DNA of 64,000 nucleotides, from the IMG/VR virus record IMGVR_UViG_3300025012_000029, positions 32,001 to 96,000 of that record, one strand, 5' to 3'. Source of the DNA: a virus (Duplodnaviria > Caudoviricetes). Under the pieces are notes generated by a model that was given only the letters and a program-made list of their open reading frames with translations, searched no databases and was not told the origin of the DNA. Shown one piece after another: positions 47,607 through 57,213 of this stretch. Each line of letters begins with the position of its first letter. Positions within the stretch are counted from its first letter, which is position 1. Made by a program: the position numbers and the translations under genes.

Positions 47607-50600
47607 CTGGTTTATTGCCTATTTTACTGCTTTTAATCTTTTCTTTCCACGAATCATCCTTTTCTAACGATTCAATCATTAGTTTTATGCTACTGGCATT
47701 ATCAGTTAATTGTTGAGTCTCTTCTATAGAAGACTCTGAACACTCTGCTTCAATAGCAATAAAATTATCTTCTTTATTGTTTTCATCCGTCATCGTTTGT
47801 TTATAATTATGTTCATACTCCTCAAATATACCTTTTGATAGAGTCCTCATTTCACTTCCACCCTTAAAAACATTTCTAAATGTATTTCTACCCATTTCAT
47901 CGGAGTATTTGCCCCTCATGCTTCTTCGTCGAGCACCACCAGAACGCTGATCGGATACAACAGGAGTATATACTTTTCCTTTTGAACCAGCAGTAATGTG
48001 TCCTTTGGTTCTCAATTGTGGCATCATAGAATTAAAATCATGTCTTTTTCCGGGAGGAATTTCAGGTTCTTTACCGGGAGCTGCCAATAAAGTTTCATCT
48101 TCTGGCGATTCTTCTTCTCCACCAAGATCTCCACCCAAATCACCTAAATCTCCTCCACCCTCTGCAGCCATTTCACCAGCACTAGCTATAGCTTCTAATT
48201 GTGCTGCCAATTGAGCATCAAAAAACATTTCTCTAGTGTTGCGCAAAAATTCCTCATCAGACATTCCAAGAATCTTTTTAGCTATTGTCCGTCTGCTGTA
48301 ATAACCTTCAGTAGCAGCACCAGCAACATCAAATTTTGTTTTCAAATGTTCTAGCTCTTGTAGTTCGGCAATCTTGGATGGGTTTGGAAGTTCCAACTTG
48401 AAAGATATTAAATCCTTTCCCCTGTATCCAAGAACAAACAAATGAATATATCCTATTTTTTCTAACTCAGAAACCACGCTCCTCTGAATTCTTTGAATTG
48501 TTTTTGCGAAAAGAATGTCTTTTTGTGAAAGAGTTGTTTTATCTTCCATGGAGCCTTCAGTCGCTACAATATATGAGTGAGGTATCTTTAATCCCGACAT
48601 CATCTTGTCACGAAGGTATTTAACGTCATCAATATCTCCGGTATATGATCCACCTGGAAGGGATTCTATTCTAGTTCCTCCGGTGTTGCCTATTACCGGG
48701 ATAAAATAATCCTCTTCGATCGACATCGGATTGAATCTTTTATCGGCTTGCCCACTATCCGGATCCACGATGGTATTTCTTTTCATGGTTGTCATGATTT
48801 TTTCCATGTGTTGTTCAACGTCTTTTTCGTTAATTCCACCAACATCAACATAAAAAACTCTACGCTCGGGCGAATTATGAACTATAACACCATCTGATAT
48901 AAAATTATGATTATCATTATCAACTCGAATGTCATATACATTGTCGAATATTTCTGTTGAACTTACCTCAACAATATTTTCAAATAAATCAGATTCTTTT
49001 TTAGAAACACATGGCATTACAAACATATGTTTATTTGGGATCAATTTATCAACTGAAACATATTCAATAATATTTGTGTCTTTATCTTTCACAAGAATAG
49101 GGTGATTAAAGTTAGTCCTAATCGTTCTATGTTTAGATTTTATTTCCCATATTTGTTGAATGCCATTCTCAACCCAATCTAAAACATTTGACAATACCAA
49201 CTTATCATTATCATATGAATATACTTTATCGCCAACTTTAATGTCTTTTATCTCTTTATATCCATCTTCTGTCCAAATCTTCGAAGACCCATGTAAACAG
49301 CGGACGATTCTATATGCCATCATAGCTTGCTCTTGTAAATCGAGCTGACGCCATATTCTTCTAACTGGATCTAATATAGAATTTCCGTAGGGCGCGAATT
49401 TATCATTGCCTAAAATTCTAAAATGTGCGACTTGCCAATTTTCAAATGTCATCCCGGCAGAATTCCACTGAAATTGAACATAATTTGGGTTGGTTTTATC
49501 TTCGCCCTCAATGCGTTCAATTTCCATTAATGGCAAACCCACGAAATTGGTAATACCGTGTTCTTCATCGATGTCGAGATAAAGAATCTTATCGCCATAC
49601 TTACATGTGTCGCGACACCAACCAAATAAATTAAATTCTAGGTTGAGAACATTGTAATAAAGATTTTCGAGAACACTTTTTATTTCTTCGTTTGGACATT
49701 TGATTGTCAATAGTTTTTGAATTGGAGAAGAAGTTGTCATTTCGTCAGCATATATGTCAAGACTTGAATTCGAAACTATAATACCGCTCTCTAGACAAAA
49801 ATTCTCAAAATGATCAACAGTTAAATCATAAACATCGCATATTTTTCCTGTCCATTCTATATGTTCAACCTTATGATTTGAATATTTATAGTTTGTTTTA
49901 TAATCTTCCCAACTTTTAAAACCACAACTTCTTAATCTTCTTTGCAAAAATTGAACTTTTCCATTATAATGTTTAAATGTTTTGGTATCAAAATTAAAAC
50001 CATCTGCAAATTCTTTCAAAGTTTTATAGTTTAAACCTTCCAAAAGAACCATTTCATTTGTTACAGATTTTTCAAATCTTCCGTTTTCACTTCTTATATG
50101 TTTGATTCTATCTTTATATGAAGGATCATTTGCAAATTTTAATTTCAATGTCTCGGAATGATGGTTTCTCTTCCATAATGCCCAATCTTCATTTTCCCAA
50201 AGAGATCTAGCGTGATTTGAAAATATTTGAGTCATTTTTGATACGTACAATAAATCATTTTTCCATCTTTCTTTATTCAAGAAAGAAGCATGATCAGACA
50301 TAAACTTTTTACCTTCTAACGAAGATTGCCACCGTGTAAATCCAGAAATTCTTTCTTTTTTTTCATCATCGTTGAGATCATTCCAATGTTGCCGACAAGA
50401 TTTAGATATTTTTTCAGTTGTTATTGTTGATTTACCGTGTAAACGAGCATGATCAAGAGCATTCAATAATTCAAGATTATCTGTTCTGTTGTCGTACTTT
50501 CGATGATTTTTGTGATGTACGTTAATTGAATTAATTTGTCGCTCAAACACATCTTCGAAGATATATCGATGTGCTGATTTATATTTTCCATTAGGTTTTC

Positions 50601-51213
50601 TGATACGTAAATATTCTCTCTTCTGAAATTCAAAGGGCATCACTGCATCTAAATTATTTAATTGTTGAGCTTCTTTGTATGTTCCATCAATCATTAAAAT
50701 TCGATGTTCTGGAGTACACTCTAAAAAATTACCATTATCGAACCATACTTTTATAACCTCTTTTGTGCCTGTTTTTCTTGGATTATGTGCTTGTCCGATT
50801 GTGTATTTATTTTTTTCATTATCCCAAGCCCAAATTTCAAATGTTTCGTTATTTTTATATTTATCGCATAATTCAGAAATAGTAAAAATACCTTCAAGAC
50901 ACATTATGCGTGTGTTGCCCTCTAAACATGCGATTTCAGCGCAAAATTCCATCTGATCAAAATCTATATAACGTTCTGCCCTATTGACATTGCCTCTGGA
51001 ATTGGCATATATTTGTGCCAATGGCGATGAAACTGCTTTTTTGAATGGCTGGTTTGAAGCAGATTTGAATTTGAATTTATCTAATTGAAGTCTTTTTAGT
51101 TGACGAGGATTTTGTCTTCTATAGTTTGTTATGGGTCCAGATAAAAGGCGCGTTAAACCTCTAAACAAAAATGATTCTGCGTTTTTTGGATTTCTTTTAT
51201 AAAATTTTGCCAT
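47599..51213 (-). CDS. portal protein (T4 gp20-like) with two inteins; about 675 aa after splicing
   Basis: S-S-LDIYADE, YRIVR/SPERRVFYVDVG, EEDYFIP, IDDVKYL, LKIP motifs. Confidence 0.92.
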   Translation of the reverse strand: MAKFYKRNPKNAESFLFRGLTRLLSGPITNYRRQNPRQLKRLQLDKFKFKSASNQPFKKAVSSPLAQIYANSRGNVNRAERYIDFDQMEFCAEIACLEGNTRIMCLEGIFTISELCDKYKNNETFEIWAWDNEKNKYTIGQAHNPRKTGTKEVIKVWFDNGNFLECTPEHRILMIDGTYKEAQQLNNLDAVMPFEFQKREYLRIRKPNGKYKSAHRYIFEDVFERQINSINVHHKNHRKYDNRTDNLELLNALDHARLHGKSTITTEKISKSCRQHWNDLNDDEKKERISGFTRWQSSLEGKKFMSDHASFLNKERWKNDLLYVSKMTQIFSNHARSLWENEDWALWKRNHHSETLKLKFANDPSYKDRIKHIRSENGRFEKSVTNEMVLLEGLNYKTLKEFADGFNFDTKTFKHYNGKVQFLQRRLRSCGFKSWEDYKTNYKYSNHKVEHIEWTGKICDVYDLTVDHFENFCLESGIIVSNSSLDIYADEMTTSSPIQKLLTIKCPNEEIKSVLENLYYNVLNLEFNLFGWCRDTCKYGDKILYLDIDEEHGITNFVGLPLMEIERIEGEDKTNPNYVQFQWNSAGMTFENWQVAHFRILGNDKFAPYGNSILDPVRRIWRQLDLQEQAMMAYRIVRCLHGSSKIWTEDGYKEIKDIKVGDKVYSYDNDKLVLSNVLDWVENGIQQIWEIKSKHRTIRTNFNHPILVKDKDTNIIEYVSVDKLIPNKHMFVMPCVSKKESDLFENIVEVSSTEIFDNVYDIRVDNDNHNFISDGVIVHNSPERRVFYVDVGGINEKDVEQHMEKIMTTMKRNTIVDPDSGQADKRFNPMSIEEDYFIPVIGNTGGTRIESLPGGSYTGDIDDVKYLRDKMMSGLKIPHSYIVATEGSMEDKTTLSQKDILFAKTIQRIQRSVVSELEKIGYIHLFVLGYRGKDLISFKLELPNPSKIAELQELEHLKTKFDVAGAATEGYYSRRTIAKKILGMSDEEFLRNTREMFFDAQLAAQLEAIASAGEMAAEGGGDLGDLGGDLGGEEESPEDETLLAAPGKEPEIPPGKRHDFNSMMPQLRTKGHITAGSKGKVYTPVVSDQRSGGARRRSMRGKYSDEMGRNTFRNVFKGGSEMRTLSKGIFEEYEHNYKQTMTDENNKEDNFIAIEAECSESSIEETQQLTDNASSIKLMIESLEKDDSWKEKIKSSKIGNKPDE
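48874..49299 (-). mobile_element. portal intein 2, mini-intein (aa 639-780, 142 aa)
   Basis: IVR|CLHGSSKI...TNFNHPI...GVIVHN|SPE; no endonuclease. Confidence 0.92.
49768..50928 (-). mobile_element. portal intein 1 (aa 96-482, 387 aa) with HNH endonuclease
   Basis: EIA|CLEGNT, CTPEHR, VHHKNHRKYDNRTDNL HNH motif, ends IIVSN|S. Confidence 0.9.
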
Positions 51214-51216
51214 TCA

Positions 51217-52803
51217 CTATCCCTTCAAAAGACCGATATATGCTCTTTGTTCGTCTGTAATTTTTGGTTTAAACACAGATGTTCTTGAGTTATATCCAAT
51301 TTGTCCTGGAATTGTTGTATTAAAATTACTCTTCTTAACTATCATTGATTTTAAGAAAGTTTTTTTATATTCTAATCCTCTACTGCTTTCTTTTAAAGCG
51401 GTTTCTCTCACCCAACAAGCTATTGCCAATGGAATTATTAAATCATCATTATGTCCTTTCATAGCTTCAGCCTTTCCATTGTTCCATATAAAAGTTGTAA
51501 ATTCATTATATGTTCTTTCTGAATTAATGATTAGAAATGAATTTCTAATGTATTCGTCGAGCTTATTAATAATCCACGGACGAGTTTTAGAAGAAGTCGT
51601 AAATCCAGGAATAACATTTTCTCTTCTAATTGCTTCATATGCTGGAACATATTCGTGAGAACCTTTTTCTGAGAAAAAAACATTTGGATATTTCATTTCT
51701 ACCATTTTTTTAGCCACTTCGAAACCCAACATGTTATTTTCCACAACAGCCATTGCATTTCCATATTCTACTCCAACATCAAATAATAGTTTTGAAAAAA
51801 GATCATATTCAATTTTGCCTTTATATTCTAAGACTTGTTCAAACGTTTCTAAATTAATAACATGAATAGCTGAATAATCAGTGCCATCGCCACGAGCCAC
51901 ATCGGCTGTGACAAGATAGCTGTATATGCCATTGTATCGTTCCCAAATCCACATATTGCCATCTATTCCACCTTTGACAATAGGGTCTTTAATGCCTTTA
52001 AAAATTTTTTCAAGATAAGAAGACTCTATTACGGTGTCTCCAGATGCCAAAAAACTAAGTTCATACTCTTGAGCAAATTGTCTAGTAGAATATTTCTTTC
52101 TCTCTTCTATTTCCCACTTTTTATCTCTTTCAGGATGGACATACCATGGAAGCTTAGTTAATTTAAATTCATTCTCTTTTACTTCTGCCTTCATACACTT
52201 ATTATAGAACCAAGATCCGATGCCGCGAGGCGTCGATATCGAAATACAACGCCCTCCTCCTGACATTGCTGGACCAGCAGCTACCCACATTTCATCAAGA
52301 TTTTCTATATGTGCTGCTTCGTCAATAACAAGTAAAGAAAGAGCTTCAGAACGTCCAATATCTACTGCTTTCGAACCGGCAATAATTTCAGAACCATTTG
52401 TAAGAGAAAATGTTTGTTTATTGTCATCTTTTATTTTTGATAATTTAGTAAAAAACTCAGGAAGATTTTTAACAATGGATTTAACTTTTCTAACTAGGTT
52501 AACAGCAACCTTGAGTTTGATCCCAACTACCATGATTGATTTTTCACGATGAAACAACATCAACCAAGCACAATAGGCAGCGGTTAATGTAGAAACTCCG
52601 AGTTGTCTACCTTTTAATATTATATTAAATGGATGATCGCGATAATCTTGTATGAGTTTTTTTTGAAAATCCCAAGTTTTAAAAGAAATTAAACCATGGA
52701 CTTTGTGCGTAATTTTACAATAAGTGTCAATGAAATATACTGGATCTTTGCCACATCTGAGAAACTCTCTAGTGATGTCTTGTCTGGAAAGTAACTGAGA
52801 CAT
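51217..52803 (-). CDS. terL: terminase large subunit
   Basis: KGRQLGVST, LVIDEAAH, STPRG, ADVARGDG, HNDDL motifs. Confidence 0.95.
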   Translation of the reverse strand: MSQLLSRQDITREFLRCGKDPVYFIDTYCKITHKVHGLISFKTWDFQKKLIQDYRDHPFNIILKGRQLGVSTLTAAYCAWLMLFHREKSIMVVGIKLKVAVNLVRKVKSIVKNLPEFFTKLSKIKDDNKQTFSLTNGSEIIAGSKAVDIGRSEALSLLVIDEAAHIENLDEMWVAAGPAMSGGGRCISISTPRGIGSWFYNKCMKAEVKENEFKLTKLPWYVHPERDKKWEIEERKKYSTRQFAQEYELSFLASGDTVIESSYLEKIFKGIKDPIVKGGIDGNMWIWERYNGIYSYLVTADVARGDGTDYSAIHVINLETFEQVLEYKGKIEYDLFSKLLFDVGVEYGNAMAVVENNMLGFEVAKKMVEMKYPNVFFSEKGSHEYVPAYEAIRRENVIPGFTTSSKTRPWIINKLDEYIRNSFLIINSERTYNEFTTFIWNNGKAEAMKGHNDDLIIPLAIACWVRETALKESSRGLEYKKTFLKSMIVKKSNFNTTIPGQIGYNSRTSVFKPKITDEQRAYIGLLKG

Positions 52804-52804
52804 A

Positions 52805-53689
52805 TCATGTTATCTTATGATACTTAGACTTCTTTTCTTCGAGAGTATCTTCTTGTTTTTTACTATGTTGTAGTAGTCTGTTGGCAGTTTCTTGAGGAGT
52901 ATCATTTGTTTGAAAATAATAAAATTGAGGACCAACTTTGCCAAACATTCCGTTGGGCGATTCCATTCGCATAAAATCTTCCATTGATAAATTTGGCATC
53001 TGCTGTTTGACTAATTCATGTGTTTGCCTTATAAATTCTTGTCGTCCTGGGCGATTCTGTTTTCCAGTTGCTAATACTTTGGATTCTTCCATTTTTACTT
53101 GATAAAGTTTGGCAAGTTGTTCTAAAACTTCCCTTAAATGATTTGGATTCATTATTCTAAGAAATTCACTCATAAATTTCTCGACGCCTAAATGTTGTGT
53201 AAGAGTTTTATACATTAATTGTAAATCCGTTGTCATCTTTTTTTTAGGAGGCACAATAGGCGTTCCTTTTACGATAGGAGAGCCTTTTACAATTGGAACA
53301 GTTCCAGCTTCACCCAATTCTTCAGCAATATACGAGTATGAAGGTTCCTCAACATCTGTTTCTTCTGGCATGTGAGGTTCGTCTTGGTTAGGATCTTGAC
53401 TAACCTGCTGTAATACTTCTTTACTTGTAAGTTTAGTGTCTAAAATATAGCCTTTCTTAGTCCACTCTACAGCTTCTTCAACCGCATCTTCTATATCAAC
53501 AGTTTTAAGCTCTGCCACTGGCGTATTACCGTCTGGAGAATTAGCAATGACATAATATTGATACTCCATCTCTGGCGTGGAATATTCTTCATGTTCGTCG
53601 TTTTCTTTTAATGATTCATCAATAAAATACCTCTTGATTTCATCAATTACGATTTCTTTTAATTCAGAACCTTTGAAAGAATACTTCAT
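52805..53689 (-). CDS. probable internal head protein
   Basis: N-terminal ELKEIVIDEIKRYF; acidic, low-complexity. Confidence 0.45.
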   Translation of the reverse strand: MKYSFKGSELKEIVIDEIKRYFIDESLKENDEHEEYSTPEMEYQYYVIANSPDGNTPVAELKTVDIEDAVEEAVEWTKKGYILDTKLTSKEVLQQVSQDPNQDEPHMPEETDVEEPSYSYIAEELGEAGTVPIVKGSPIVKGTPIVPPKKKMTTDLQLMYKTLTQHLGVEKFMSEFLRIMNPNHLREVLEQLAKLYQVKMEESKVLATGKQNRPGRQEFIRQTHELVKQQMPNLSMEDFMRMESPNGMFGKVGPQFYYFQTNDTPQETANRLLQHSKKQEDTLEEKKSKYHKIT

Positions 53690-53690
53690 A

Positions 53691-54386
53691 TTATTTTCCT
53701 TTATTATATGATGACCAGGACACTGCCCATGGATTGCTTTCTTTTCTTTTACCTGTTTTTGGATCTGTATATGTTTTTGGAAGTTCTTTTTTCAATCTCT
53801 TTACTTGTTTTTCTCTTCCTGGAGGAGCTTCTTCTTTCAATCTTTCGAAAGATTTTATTACCTCAGATAATATATCAACAATTTCATTGTACGACATTCG
53901 CCTAAGAACATGATCGGCAAACATTTGATCAAAAGCAACTTCTGAAACACCAGCAGATTTAATTGCTCTAGTGTAGATTTCTTCTATCTTTTGTTGCTGA
54001 TCGTTAGATTCTTGAAATTTTAATTTCTCTTTGCCTATTTTTTGTTCTCTCTGTGACAATTTTTGTGGCGGAAGTTTTGGTTTATTATAAATCCTTCTTT
54101 CTGGGAATGGCATATTTTTTGGCGCATACATAGACCATAATTCTTTAGATTCTTCTGGTGGGAGTTTGCTAAGTAAACCAATAATAATAGACTCTGATTC
54201 GCGTCCTGCTCTGTGATATCTTGAATCGTCAGACCATTCATATGCCCAATCATGTCGTTTCATTTTGTTTCTTAACTCTTGTTTAAATTCGGCTGATTCT
54301 TCCTCAAGGATTACTTCTCTTATCGTATTTAACAAGTATTTCTTTACTAGAACAGACATTACTTGTTGCCCCCTAGAGAAAGCCAC
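53691..54386 (-). CDS. probable internal head protein (likely start 54359)
   Basis: LLNTIREVILEE N-terminus; HDWAYEWSDD and NPWAV motifs. Confidence 0.45.
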   Translation of the reverse strand: MAFSRGQQVMSVLVKKYLLNTIREVILEEESAEFKQELRNKMKRHDWAYEWSDDSRYHRAGRESESIIIGLLSKLPPEESKELWSMYAPKNMPFPERRIYNKPKLPPQKLSQREQKIGKEKLKFQESNDQQQKIEEIYTRAIKSAGVSEVAFDQMFADHVLRRMSYNEIVDILSEVIKSFERLKEEAPPGREKQVKRLKKELPKTYTDPKTGKRKESNPWAVSWSSYNKGK

Positions 54387-54844
54387 TTCTCAAAAGATTT
54401 ATCGATTTCCTTTTCGTTTGTTTCTTGATTAATGCCTTCAATTTCATATATACAGTGCGCTAGCACCCAGCTACGAATTCTATTCATATGTTCAACTCTA
54501 ACGATTGGTTCTCCGATCATCTTAAGTCCCAATGAATTCTTCGTAATAGATTTATATTCTTTCTTGAGAAAGGAGATACAGTCGGACATAATATCTGTAA
54601 TATTTTGTTCAAATTTCTTTCCATGAACTTCTTTGAGCGCAATCTCACTTTGGTACGTAAGTTTGAGCTTATTACCCATTATGTTGACGCCGAATCCATC
54701 CATAATTCTTTTATCGTGGATAGAAGTTGGTTGTTCTCTTCTTAATCCTATTTCAACTGGTTTTCCATCTTCATCAAGGGCGCCGTCATGAGATTTCATC
54801 ATTGCTTGTGAAATACCATTAACTATTTCAATTGTGCTAGCCAT
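54359..54844 (-). CDS. hypothetical protein
   Basis: AGGAGA SD; MASTIEIVNGISQA start. Confidence 0.65.
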   Translation of the reverse strand: MASTIEIVNGISQAMMKSHDGALDEDGKPVEIGLRREQPTSIHDKRIMDGFGVNIMGNKLKLTYQSEIALKEVHGKKFEQNITDIMSDCISFLKKEYKSITKNSLGLKMIGEPIVRVEHMNRIRSWVLAHCIYEIEGINQETNEKEIDKSFEKWLSLGGNK

Positions 54845-54854
54845 TTATCTTCTC

Positions 54855-55523
54855 CTATATAAAGTTCCACAATTCTTTATTAACTATCCTATAAGTATTA
54901 GAAACACTGATTTTGTATCTAGCAGATATCATTTTAACAGATGTTCCATTTTGATGTAAATTTCTAATTTCCAAAATATTGTTTTCGTTAAGTTTTGAAC
55001 TCGGATTTAAAGAACCTTGCTGTTTGGCATTTTTGTATCTTTTTCCTAAATTGTGAGGAATTTTACCTTTTTTTGCATCTGACATTTTTTGTTTGGTTTC
55101 TTCTGAATGTCTCTTTCCATGGCATGGATGCTTAATGCCTTTTATCCCAAAAAAATGATGGTTTTCTCCTGATCTTTTTTTTAATTGCTCTTCTGACCAT
55201 TTATACCCAAGCATACTTACAGCTTTTGGAGATAAGTTGTAACAATTATCTTTACCAAAGTATAAGTCTAAATAAAACTGTTCGCGCTCTAGAATTATAT
55301 TTTTGTCGGCAGAAGTTTCTTCTATTGTCTCAAACAAAAAGCAATATTCTCCATATTTATTCCATGAATTTTGTAAATGTGTTGAAAAATGTATGTTATT
55401 TCTTAACAACGACTTATGTTTACTAAGCCTAGCAGATATATTTATACTACTGCCAACATAAAACTTCCCATCCATTAAATTGGTTATTCTATAAATCCCA
55501 GCTCTTTCAATTTTGTCTTCCAT
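54855..55523 (-). CDS. intact GIY-YIG homing endonuclease (NUMOD3 and HTH)
   Basis: GIYRITN...YVGSS, HLQNSWNKYG, EREQ, HSEETKQKMS, terminal HTH. Confidence 0.92.
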   Translation of the reverse strand: MEDKIERAGIYRITNLMDGKFYVGSSINISARLSKHKSLLRNNIHFSTHLQNSWNKYGEYCFLFETIEETSADKNIILEREQFYLDLYFGKDNCYNLSPKAVSMLGYKWSEEQLKKRSGENHHFFGIKGIKHPCHGKRHSEETKQKMSDAKKGKIPHNLGKRYKNAKQQGSLNPSSKLNENNILEIRNLHQNGTSVKMISARYKISVSNTYRIVNKELWNFI

Positions 55524-55888
55524 TTTTCTTCTCGATATTCAACATGCTCCACATAACACTCAAAACAACACTTAAATTTGTTCATATATAAGTCGTCTTT
55601 TCTATTAAATGAATAAACTTTACAAGATACACAAATCCTATTGTTATCTTTGATAAATAGTTTCTTGGCAATAGAAACACCGCCATTGTTGACCATCTCT
55701 GGTTCTGGTGGAACAATACTATAAATTTCTTTTATTTGCTGAAGATAATTTTGTTCTTTTTCTATATCCCAAGATGCTTTGGGATTGGTTATGGCTTCAA
55801 TGCCATATTTTTCTTTAATAGCTTTTTCGAGATTTGCTAAATATTCCAGAGTTGGTTTAGGCATGTTATCGCAATTGTCCCGCTGCAT
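55484..55888 (-). CDS. hypothetical protein with CxxC/CCxxC
   Basis: CVSC and CCFECY motifs. Confidence 0.6.
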   Translation of the reverse strand: MQRDNCDNMPKPTLEYLANLEKAIKEKYGIEAITNPKASWDIEKEQNYLQQIKEIYSIVPPEPEMVNNGGVSIAKKLFIKDNNRICVSCKVYSFNRKDDLYMNKFKCCFECYVEHVEYREEKWKTKLKELGFIE

Positions 55889-56387
55889 ATACAGATAAAG
55901 CAGTTAATGCTACACCAGCTAAAAAACCGCCACCTATGTATAACCAGGAATAGTCATTTGAATTGAGAGCCATATCGCGAAGCTTTTCTAACTCTTTATC
56001 TTTTTCTTCTATAATGATTTTTGATGTTTCTTCTTGAGTTTTGAGATTGATTTTCAAATTATCAATATCGAGTTTATTTTTTGCTTTTTCTTTTCCCAAT
56101 TCGAGATCAAGCTTGAGCTTAAACTGTTCTTCGAGATTTTCTTGCTCTGTCAATAAAACACCAGTAGCTGTTGGATCAAATAATGTCCCGTCGAATTCAA
56201 CTATATCTCCTTTATTTAGGATAGAAAATACACCAGTAGTAGATGTAGTTGTTTGAGCGTAGGATATGTTAATGCCTGACGATATACACAAAAAACTAGC
56301 GAGTATTGCTATTGGTTTTTTTAACTGGAACATATATAAATCCATACCTTTCTTGAATTTGGGACGCAAGTTTTTCTGGTTCAGCAT
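55866..56387 (-). CDS. signal-peptide, coiled-coil protein with C-terminal TM (spanin-like; likely start about 56342-56336)
   Basis: Hydrophobic N-terminus, FDGTL motif, coiled coil, C-terminal TM. Confidence 0.5.
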   Translation of the reverse strand: MLNQKNLRPKFKKGMDLYMFQLKKPIAILASFLCISSGINISYAQTTTSTTGVFSILNKGDIVEFDGTLFDPTATGVLLTEQENLEEQFKLKLDLELGKEKAKNKLDIDNLKINLKTQEETSKIIIEEKDKELEKLRDMALNSNDYSWLYIGGGFLAGVALTALSVYAAGQLR

Positions 56388-56688
56388 GATATTTGACTAT
56401 CACTTGGATCTTTCTTTTACGTTCTACGTCTAACGCATCAGATTTCTTTTTGTAATCATCTTCTAAGGATTTTACTTTATTCTCAAAATCTTTAATAGCT
56501 TTATCGCGAAATTCTAATTCTTTTTGATGTAGATCGCGAACTTCTGTTATTTGTGTATTGTAAGAATCAACAGTTAATTTTAAAATTTCTTCAGCATTAC
56601 CTAAACGAATGTGAATATAAGTGATAACTGCGCCTATAATTACAAAAACGAGCCAATATTTTTTTAGAAATCCTAGAACTAATTCCAT
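56296..56688 (-). CDS. i-spanin (Rz)-like protein
   Basis: N-terminal TM followed by a long coiled coil; follows holin. Confidence 0.55.
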   Translation of the reverse strand: MELVLGFLKKYWLVFVIIGAVITYIHIRLGNAEEILKLTVDSYNTQITEVRDLHQKELEFRDKAIKDFENKVKSLEDDYKKKSDALDVERKRKIQVIVKYHAEPEKLASQIQERYGFIYVPVKKTNSNTR

Positions 56689-56951
56689 TACGGACCTTTT
56701 TCATTGACTGGGGGCACTGGTTCAACTTTTCCTTTTTTATTAGTGACCGAACCGTGTTTCCATGTAGTAGCGGTATCAACTGTTGCCTGCACACCGAGAT
56801 ATACGATTGCGATCATCTCCCACACATCTTCACTTATTTTTGTATACCAAAGAAGAAAAGTGGCGATCAAAAGAACAAATAATTTCTTAGAGACCCAACG
56901 ATTATATACTATATCGGCAATTTTTTTAACCTGTTCTACTATTTCTTTCAT
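56688..56951 (-). CDS. holin-like protein
   Basis: SKKLFV followed by two TM segments and a charged tail. Confidence 0.65.
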   Translation of the reverse strand: MKEIVEQVKKIADIVYNRWVSKKLFVLLIATFLLWYTKISEDVWEMIAIVYLGVQATVDTATTWKHGSVTNKKGKVEPVPPVNEKGP

Positions 56952-56974
56952 ATCTGTCCTCCAAAGTTAAATCA

Positions 56975-57208
56975 TTACTGCCAATTAGAGCCAGTTGTAA
57001 TGGAAATAATTTCCTCTTGCGTATAAGCCGCAAGTCCAAGACCCTGTAAACTAGGCGGCGCGCCGTTGGCTGTTACAAATTTTAAAATTGCCTGCGAGCC
57101 ATCGTTCGATGTGCGAAGCGTTTCACGAGAAGTCTGCACACAGTCTATGATTTGCTGATCCGTTATATCAGAAGTGTTCATTATTGCATATGTATATCTA
57201 TTTGGCAT
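56975..57208 (-). CDS. small virion-associated protein
   Basis: VQTSRETLRTSNDG motif; follows LamG gene. Confidence 0.55.
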   Translation of the reverse strand: MPNRYTYAIMNTSDITDQQIIDCVQTSRETLRTSNDGSQAILKFVTANGAPPSLQGLGLAAYTQEEIISITTGSNWQ

Positions 57209-57213
57209 ATATT

